From the NCBI GenBank assembly GCA_019058295.1, contig JAHPZI010000004.1:1-44743 (forward strand): a DNA stretch of 44,743 nucleotides, in the 5' to 3' direction. Below the pieces are notes generated by a model that saw only the letters and a list, made by a program, of their open reading frames with translations, made no database searches and was not told the origin of the DNA. The translations under genes and the position numbers were made by a program. The DNA is from Promethearchaeota archaeon. Lineage in GTDB: Archaea > Asgardarchaeota > Lokiarchaeia > Sigyniarchaeales > SOKP01. Below, one piece after another: positions 38,370 to 44,743 of the stretch (position 1 is its first letter; every line of letters starts with the position of its first letter).

Positions 38370-38557
38370 TGGTCCCCTCTCCCGGCCTCGTTCCGCCGTC
38401 GTTCCGTTTTGGACCGACGCATCCGGGGGCCGCTCGGTTTTTGCTGGCTGACGTAACTTCATAGGTACAAAACCTTAGTACGCGATTTCATCTACAGCCG
38501 AGCGCTCTACCAGTCTGAGCTTACCTCTTTAAAGGGTATCCCTTTAAATAAGAGGGG
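38370..38557 (-). tRNA. trnY: tRNA-Tyr(GTA) with three introns: 8/9 (38522-38549), 37/38 (38439-38491), 55/56 (38391-38420); CCA encoded
   Basis: Spliced product CCCCTCT-TA-GCTC-AGACTGGTA-GAGC-G-CTCGG-CTGTAGA-CCGAG-CGGCC-CCCGG-ATCGAGG-CCGGG-AGAGGGG-A-CCA. All four stems pair perfectly. C1:G72/A73 is the archaeal/eukaryotic Tyr identity. BHB-like motifs are present at all three junctions. Confidence 0.92.
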
Positions 38558-38599
38558 CTATTTATAGAGGGGCTTTTTTATAATTATCTAGTTCTTTAA

Positions 38600-38607
38600 T
38601 TTATATA
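38600..38607 (-). promoter_or_regulatory. Putative TATA box of the tRNA-Tyr gene
   Basis: TATATAAA on the minus strand, preceded by an A-rich stretch, about 43 nt upstream of C1. The AT-rich context lowers confidence. Confidence 0.45.
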
Positions 38608-38785
38608 TTTTTTACGATTTTAAGCAAGAATCAATGAAGTGTAAAAAAAAATCTTTTTTTAAATAGTTTTTTGGTAATAAAAAAATGAAAAATTAGTATA
38701 ATTTATGAATTCCAAACCTTTTTATAAAATTATTAAAATCTTTTTATTAAATTATAAAAATATTTATATTTGAGATGATAGAAAT

Positions 38786-39295
38786 TTGCGTGAAGAAAAT
38801 GACTATGGGGACGCCATAGAGACATATAAAAATGATGAATATGTTATTATTGAACCATGGGGTCGAAGTATAGATCATTTACGATTAACTATTATCGGTA
38901 AAAAAGGAACCCCCTATGCTGATGGAAAATTTGTATTCGAAATTAAGTTCCCAGAAAATTATCCCTTCGCACCTCCATATGCCTATGCTGTAACTCTTAT
39001 GTGGCATCCTAACATTGATTCTAGTATCCCACCTGGCAAACTTAACATTTGTTTGGACTTAATTAATCCCGATCTCGTAGGTAAAGTTGATGCGAGTACT
39101 GGTGCATCAGGTTGGACACCATCAAAAACTTTAATTAATATTATTGAGGCTCTCAAGGGGATGATGCATTATGAAGCTCCATTTTTCAACCCTGGAGATC
39201 CACTGAATCACGAAGCAGGAGAAGAATATTTTAGGAATCTAAAGAAGTTTGAATCTAAAGCAAAAAAATGGACTCAAAAGTACGCAATGGATTAA
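38786..39295 (+). CDS. Ubiquitin-conjugating enzyme E2 (UBC fold)
   Basis: GTPYADG.F, FPENYPFAPP, WHPNI, catalytic Cys in NICLDLI, WTPS, PLNHEA and AKKWTQKYA. Confidence 0.95.
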   Translation: MREENDYGDAIETYKNDEYVIIEPWGRSIDHLRLTIIGKKGTPYADGKFVFEIKFPENYPFAPPYAYAVTLMWHPNIDSSIPPGKLNICLDLINPDLVGKVDASTGASGWTPSKTLINIIEALKGMMHYEAPFFNPGDPLNHEAGEEYFRNLKKFESKAKKWTQKYAMD

Positions 39296-39333
39296 CCCAT
39301 TATAAATTTCTACGCAATGGATTAACCCATTAT
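39281..39333. repeat. Exact 23-bp direct repeat duplicating the 3' end of the E2 gene
   Basis: tacgcaatggattaacccattat at 39281-39303 and 39311-39333; each copy contains an aatgg/ccatt mini-hairpin. Confidence 0.9.
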
Positions 39334-39395
39334 TTATTTCTTTTTAAATTAATGATACAATTCATATTTTAATCATTTTTTTATTGAAATTATAA

Positions 39396-40004
39396 ATGAT
39401 CTCTTTTAAAAAAAAAAAAGTAATTATATTTGACTTAGATGGAACTATTGTAAGGTTACCTGTTAATTGGGATCATTTAAAGAAACTTTTAACCAAAAGA
39501 TATAATGATGTTTATGGTGAAACTTGTGAATTTGTACATATTACTGCTTGCCTCGATCAGGTTGTAGATAAAGATGATGAAGCAGAATTACAGAATTTTT
39601 TTAATATGCTTGAAGACTACGAGATGAAAACGATAAAAGACAATGAAACTATTAAAGAAACCATTTTTTTTATTAAGAATATACACATGTTTAAAGTCCC
39701 TAATGATATTAAATTAGCAGTATTATCCTTAAACACAAGAAAAACGATTATTGGATCTTTAAAATTAGCAGGAATTTATGAAAAGATAGATCATATTATA
39801 GGAAGAGAGGATGTGAGAAAGTGGAAACCAAATCCAGAAGGATTGTTAAAAATTCGAGATCATTATGGGGTTAAAAAAGAAGAAATAATATATATCGGAG
39901 ATCTCGAAAAAGATGTAATAACTGGTAAAAATGCTGGAATCGAGGCTTATTTAATCGATGAAATAATTAATCTTGTTAATAAAAAGAAAGTAGAAACTAC
40001 ATAA
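39396..40004 (+). CDS. HAD-superfamily phosphatase
   Basis: IFDLDGT, LSLN, KPNPEG and IGDLEKD motifs I-IV. Confidence 0.92.
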   Translation: MISFKKKKVIIFDLDGTIVRLPVNWDHLKKLLTKRYNDVYGETCEFVHITACLDQVVDKDDEAELQNFFNMLEDYEMKTIKDNETIKETIFFIKNIHMFKVPNDIKLAVLSLNTRKTIIGSLKLAGIYEKIDHIIGREDVRKWKPNPEGLLKIRDHYGVKKEEIIYIGDLEKDVITGKNAGIEAYLIDEIINLVNKKKVETT

Positions 40005-41580
40005 ACGTAATTATCACATTATATTTTTTAATTTCCGATGCTTCTTTTGCCTTTCCTAAGGGTGTTATAGAAACAATGTCATTACTTTTAATTTTAAGAG
40101 AATTTAGCTTAATTTTTGGGTCTTTCATTGACGGAATATATGGATTCCAATAAATTTCTTTACTCATAGGATTGGTGATCATCCATAAATCTGGTTCTAA
40201 TTTATGTTCACTAATTTCCATAGCCTCAAAGATATAACCCAAATCTGCATCAAAAGGAACCACAATACGGACATTTTCTTCACCCTCAATTGTGCCGCAC
40301 GCAAGACATTCCTCTCGCTTTGTTATGTCCAGGGCATCAAATTGACCATAAACACCATTATAATTAATATAAGGAGGATCCATCGGAGGGCCAATATTTC
40401 TACCATTCACTCGGAACAATAATTTTAAAGCTTCTTGGGATTCAATACTAGAAATAATGGAACTAACTGTTTGAACTGCAGCAATTTTATTTCCTAATAT
40501 GTTTTCCATTTCTTCAAATTTATAATCCGATCCGAAAGTTTCTTTTATATTATTTTTCCACTCTTGAATTTCTTCTGGTGTCAAAGATTCTCTCTTTTCT
40601 GGTGGTACATTTTCATTAAAAACTCGTTCTCTTAATTTTCTTAATTCTTCTTGAGCTAATTCTTTTAATTTTAATACCTCATCATCGATGTTCAAATCTG
40701 GTTTATGATCATATTTTTTTTCAAATTCTACCTCAGCCTTGATAACGCAATGATTTCGATTTCTTGGCAACCCCTTTAATGTACAAGCTGCTATCAATTT
40801 ATCATCAGCAGGAATAACGGGTACTAAGCATCTATAACAAGGCGTTTGGTCTAATAAATTAGAACTATATTTTTCATCAAATTCAGTTTCAATTCGTTCT
40901 CTTATCCTTTCTTTAACAGGTTCTATTTTTTCCTGTCTTATTTGATAGATTTTTTCTTCTAACTCTTCTATTTCTCTTTCAGCTTTAAAATATTCAGGAT
41001 AATCATCTTCGTTAATAGACCATAATTCTGATTCAACTAATTTATCGATTTCAATTTTTCTGTTTTTATATTGGATTCCTGCTCCTTCGGGAATGACAAT
41101 TTGAACATGACCCTCAAATCCTACAGTTCCTCCCTCAACTATAGGTTTTTTTAACCTTAGGCAGATTTTATTTAAATCTAGTCTAGCGTTGAAATTATCT
41201 AATGCCATAACGACAACATCTGCTTCTTCATAAACGGACATTGGCAATTTCTGAAGTTTCTCAAAATAAAAATCAATATTTATAAAGGGATTCATCTCTT
41301 TCAGCCTCTCTGCGGCAACTTCTGCCTTTGGTCGACCTTCATCTCCAGGTCTAAATAGCATTTGACGAGAGAGGTTTGAAGTTTCTATAGTATCTAAATC
41401 AACTAAGATCAACTTACCTATACCCATTAATGCGAAGTCCTTAGCAATTTCGCAACCAAGTGCTCCGACTCCCACTATCATTATACAACCATTATTAACG
41501 ACATCTTGGTCCCAACCGTCAATTAACTGCTGCCTAGCAAACATCCTAGATTTGAAAATTTCATTCTTTTCAGTAGTCAT
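39997..41580 (-). CDS. Ubiquitin-like-activating enzyme E1 (Uba2/Uba3-like)
   Basis: GVGALG, DLDTIETSNLSRQ and LDNFNAR adenylation motifs; Zn ligands CYRC and CLAC; catalytic-Cys motif CTLKGLPRNRNHC; probable C-terminal ubiquitin-fold domain. Confidence 0.92.
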   Translation of the reverse strand: MTTEKNEIFKSRMFARQQLIDGWDQDVVNNGCIMIVGVGALGCEIAKDFALMGIGKLILVDLDTIETSNLSRQMLFRPGDEGRPKAEVAAERLKEMNPFINIDFYFEKLQKLPMSVYEEADVVVMALDNFNARLDLNKICLRLKKPIVEGGTVGFEGHVQIVIPEGAGIQYKNRKIEIDKLVESELWSINEDDYPEYFKAEREIEELEEKIYQIRQEKIEPVKERIRERIETEFDEKYSSNLLDQTPCYRCLVPVIPADDKLIAACTLKGLPRNRNHCVIKAEVEFEKKYDHKPDLNIDDEVLKLKELAQEELRKLRERVFNENVPPEKRESLTPEEIQEWKNNIKETFGSDYKFEEMENILGNKIAAVQTVSSIISSIESQEALKLLFRVNGRNIGPPMDPPYINYNGVYGQFDALDITKREECLACGTIEGEENVRIVVPFDADLGYIFEAMEISEHKLEPDLWMITNPMSKEIYWNPYIPSMKDPKIKLNSLKIKSNDIVSITPLGKAKEASEIKKYNVIITFM

Positions 41581-41614
41581 TTTTAAAACATCAAGATTTT
41601 TTTTTAATAACTTT

Positions 41615-44600
41615 CTATTCTTTCTTTTTTTTGGAGGCTTCTCTAATCATTCTTTTCATATCATCAATTTCTTCTCTATCTTTCGCCTTTTGAATTTCTT
41701 TTTCTTTCTTTTCTTTTTCTTCTTTAGCTTTTGCTAATTCTGCGGCGAGTTCTTGTTTTAGTTTAAACATAGTTCCCAAATTTTTCCTAAATTCTATTGA
41801 TTCCATCTTTATTCGTTCTTTTTTCTGCTGCTCTGTTAATATTATTTGTTCTTTTTCACTTTTTATCATTTTCTCAAATTCACCAGTTAAATCTCTGATA
41901 TCTCCAAGTGATTGCCGCATTTTCCGATCCTCTTCTTCTCTTCTCTGAATTTCTAAATTTACTTGCTTTTCTAATTCTTCATGAATTCTCTGTCTTTCCA
42001 ACTCTTCTTGTTTAGTTCTCTCTTCCAAAATTTTTATGTTTTTAATTTCAGTTTCAATAAAAATAATCTCATTCTCCCATTCCATTTCTCTAAAGATAGA
42101 GATAGCCTTATTTAAAGAATTATAAGCATTATTAAAATTTCCTAAGTTAGCAAATTTTTTCCCTTCATCCATTAATTTTAATCCCTCTTCCTTTCGTTCT
42201 TCGGCCAATCGTCTTCTTTCTTCGGATTCTTTAAATTCAATTCTGCGTTTTTCTTCTTCTTTTTCATATTCTCTTTGTCTTCTTTTAATTTCTTGTTGGA
42301 ACGATATATATTCCTGTCTCCTCTCAAATTTTGCTTGGTCTTCAGCTATCTTTTTTTCAAGGAATTTTACTTTTTCGCGCTGCAAATCTTTAATCAGTAA
42401 GTTCAAATTATTTAATTCTGGTTCCCATCCTATATTTTCTTCCAATATATTTCTTGCTTGTAGATATAATGAAATTCCTTTATCAAAGTCAGGTTCACTT
42501 GTTTTAAGATATTTTCCTGCCTCTTCTAGTAAAGAATAAGCTGCTTCCCTGGCATCCATTTTTGCTTGAATAATTTTTTCTCTTTCTTGAATAGCTAGTT
42601 GCTTCGCTAATTTTTCCGCTTGATGTTGTCTTTTTCTTTCTTCTATCATTTGATTTAGCTGTTTTTCTTCTTCTAAATGTTCTAATTCTTTCTGAAGCGC
42701 CAATTCTTTTTCTATTTGTTTCTCTTCTTTTAAATTTATAATTTTGACAATCATTTCTTTAATAGAATCTGTAGGGAAGCGCAACTCATTTAAAATTAAT
42801 TCTGCTTTTCTATAGGAATCTAAGGCCTTGTCGTAATCCTTGCTTTTTGTTAATTTTTCAGCATCGTCTAAAATATTAAATGCATGTTCTCTTCTTTTTT
42901 CCAAAGCCACAATTGCTTCTTCTCTTTTAATAATCTGAATTTGTTTGTCTTTTAATCGTTCTTTTTGTTTCTTAAAACTGTCAACAACTTTTTGTTGTGC
43001 TTCTTTATATTCCTTTTCTCTTTGTTTTTTAATCTCTTCTTCTTTTTTCTTTTCATGAACTTTTTGAATCATTTCCTTAATTGCTTTTGTTGGGAATTGT
43101 ATTTCATTTAGAATTAATTCTGCTTGCTGATAATTTTCAATAGCTTCATCATATTTAGTTTGAGTCATTAAATTCTCAGCTTCTTCCAAAAAATTAAAAG
43201 CCTTTTCTCTCCTTTCTTCGTAAGACTTTAATTTTTCTTTACGTTGTTCTAATACCATATCTTTTTGAATGAGTTTTTCCCTTTCCAAATCTAATTGTTT
43301 TTTTAATTTATTCTGAAATTCTTGTTCAGTTTTTTTCCTTTCAATTGTCCATTGTAGTTCTTTTTCTTTCGATAAATTTAATTCATTTTTTTTCTGTTCA
43401 ATTTCTTTAATTGTATTCTCAATTAGAGGTAATTCATCAGTCCATTGAATTTCTGCGAAAATATTTCCTGCATTTTGATAGGCATAAATTGCTTTATCAA
43501 AATCTTCTTGATCTAGATAATTTTGTCCAGAATCTAAGAATTGAAATGCCATCTGCTTGCGTTGTTCTCTATATTTCAATTCTTCTTCTCTTTCCTTAAG
43601 TTCAAGTTCTTTTAACTTTAACTTTTCACGTTCTTGATTTAATTGTACAGACATTTTCTGCTGAAATTCCAACTCTTTTTCTTTTTGTTGTTCTTTTTTC
43701 TTTAATTCATCAGATTCCTTCTCTATTACACTTAGTTTTCTCTGCTTTATATTGGAAATAGTACCTTGAATTGATGGAATATATGATTCCCATCCAGGAC
43801 CCATATTTCCCAGAGCTTCTAAAGCCTTTTGATATTCTTTAATAGCCTCATCATAATTTTCTTCTTTTAATATCTTGTCAGCGTTATCCAATAAATCAAG
43901 AAATTGTTTTTCCACTTGAACCTTTTCTAACCGCTGCCTCTCAAATTCTTTTCTTTTTAATTCTGAAGTTTGTGCTGTTTCTACAAATTTAGCTTTTTCC
44001 TTTTCTTGAATCATTTTTTGAATTTTGTTTAATTCATCCTCTCTCTTTCTTTTAACTTCTTCTGCATGTATTACTCTTTCTTTCTTTTCATTTATATCAT
44101 TAATTGAATTAATTATTGGTTGAATATAAGAATCCCAACCTATAGATTTAAAAAGATCTATTGATTGCTCAAAATTCTTTATCGCATCATCATATTTTCT
44201 TTCTCTTTCCAATGCTTTACCATTATCAATCAATTTAAATGCTTTATCCTGAATTTCCTCTTCTTTTTTCTTTCTTTCTTCAAATTCAAGAAGTTTCTGT
44301 TTTTTAAGATCTAATTCTGATTGAGGAATAGTTGGTTGTACAAAAAGTTCCTCTTTTAATGATGGGGTGACTACCTGTGGTTGAGGTTGAATAATTTCCT
44401 TTTCTTTTACAAGTTTTTCAACTATTGCCTGAATAATCTGTGTTTGTTGGGTCCAACCAAGAGAGTTTAATGATTCAATAGCGTTCTGATAATTTTTTAT
44501 TGCCTCATTGAGATTCTTTTCTTTTTCAAATTTTTTAGCTTCGTCAATATAGGCAAAGGCTTGATTTTGCATCTCTTCTTCTTTTTTCTTTCTTTCTTCT

Positions 44601-44743
44601 AATTCAAGAAGTTTCTGTGTTTTAAGATCTACTTCTGCCTGAGAAAAAGCTGGTTTTACAATAGGTTCCTCTTCTAAAGAAGGGGTATCTACCTGTGGTT
44701 GAGTTTGAATAATTTCCTTTTCCTTTTTAAGCATTTCAACTAT
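41615..44743 (-). CDS. Giant TPR/MIT-like helical-hairpin plus coiled-coil repeat protein (5' end outside the window)
   Basis: Eight modules resembling AF..LD.A......YD.AI..Y..A...F..I.W separated by E/K/Q/R-rich coiled coils. The frame stays open to the window edge. Confidence 0.85.
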   Translation of the reverse strand: MVEMLKKEKEIIQTQPQVDTPSLEEEPIVKPAFSQAEVDLKTQKLLELEERKKKEEEMQNQAFAYIDEAKKFEKEKNLNEAIKNYQNAIESLNSLGWTQQTQIIQAIVEKLVKEKEIIQPQPQVVTPSLKEELFVQPTIPQSELDLKKQKLLEFEERKKKEEEIQDKAFKLIDNGKALERERKYDDAIKNFEQSIDLFKSIGWDSYIQPIINSINDINEKKERVIHAEEVKRKREDELNKIQKMIQEKEKAKFVETAQTSELKRKEFERQRLEKVQVEKQFLDLLDNADKILKEENYDEAIKEYQKALEALGNMGPGWESYIPSIQGTISNIKQRKLSVIEKESDELKKKEQQKEKELEFQQKMSVQLNQEREKLKLKELELKEREEELKYREQRKQMAFQFLDSGQNYLDQEDFDKAIYAYQNAGNIFAEIQWTDELPLIENTIKEIEQKKNELNLSKEKELQWTIERKKTEQEFQNKLKKQLDLEREKLIQKDMVLEQRKEKLKSYEERREKAFNFLEEAENLMTQTKYDEAIENYQQAELILNEIQFPTKAIKEMIQKVHEKKKEEEIKKQREKEYKEAQQKVVDSFKKQKERLKDKQIQIIKREEAIVALEKRREHAFNILDDAEKLTKSKDYDKALDSYRKAELILNELRFPTDSIKEMIVKIINLKEEKQIEKELALQKELEHLEEEKQLNQMIEERKRQHQAEKLAKQLAIQEREKIIQAKMDAREAAYSLLEEAGKYLKTSEPDFDKGISLYLQARNILEENIGWEPELNNLNLLIKDLQREKVKFLEKKIAEDQAKFERRQEYISFQQEIKRRQREYEKEEEKRRIEFKESEERRRLAEERKEEGLKLMDEGKKFANLGNFNNAYNSLNKAISIFREMEWENEIIFIETEIKNIKILEERTKQEELERQRIHEELEKQVNLEIQRREEEDRKMRQSLGDIRDLTGEFEKMIKSEKEQIILTEQQKKERIKMESIEFRKNLGTMFKLKQELAAELAKAKEEKEKKEKEIQKAKDREEIDDMKRMIREASKKKKE
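44285..44743 (-). repeat. Intragenic 318-bp-period (106-aa) duplication
   Basis: ~44285-44425 closely matches ~44603-44743 (KEKEIIQPQPQVVTPSLKEE..KKQKLLE vs KEKEIIQTQPQVDTPSLEEE..KTQKLLE). Confidence 0.85.

Noticed and set aside
38439-38491. Box C/D guide or nested intron in the 53-nt tRNA-Tyr intron
   Set aside because: No CUGA D box, only weak C-box-like strings, and no convincing second BHB.
39281-39333. Possible mini-CRISPR array
   Set aside because: Only two copies, a 7-bp spacer, overlap with a coding end, and no cas genes.
39404-39419. Slippery TTTT-A12 run near the start of the HAD gene as a programmed frameshift
   Set aside because: The ORF is continuous and motif I follows in frame; homopolymers are common in this AT-rich sequence.
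1530-43599. Many 60-103 aa ORFs nested in or antisense to longer genes (e.g. 1530-1784, 9937-10248, 19590-19856, 24654-24932, 33377-33661, those inside 28642-32337)
   Set aside because: They overlap well-supported genes entirely or largely and show no recognisable motifs.

Overview
AT-rich archaeal chromosomal segment. Gene content points to an Asgard archaeon of the Lokiarchaeia/Promethearchaeota type (inference): E1 and E2 ubiquitin-system enzymes, a longin/uDENN-GTPase fusion, an IFT52-like GIFT protein, a GPN GTPase, a PDCD5-like protein, a surface protein with an IPGYD sorting tail, and multi-intron tRNAs. I call 37 CDS, including two small ORFs below the ORF-track cutoff, plus two intron-split tRNA genes and a probable sugar-catabolism cluster at ~17.4-26.3 kb. 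The most striking signal is a tRNA-Tyr with three BHB introns (8/9, 37/38, 55/56). Its leader carries an exact second copy of the 5' acceptor strand, which could act as a placeholder so the 8/9 intron can be spliced. Other highlights: two conserved genes that appear to need ATT/ATA start codons, a 55-aa hyper-acidic Trp/Tyr microprotein, a vWA-C4HC3-zinc-ribbon gene paired with an HDAC, and an E1/E2 pair beside a giant helical-repeat protein. No CRISPR array, rRNA, transposase or integrase was found. All family assignments come from motif recognition by eye; no searches were run.
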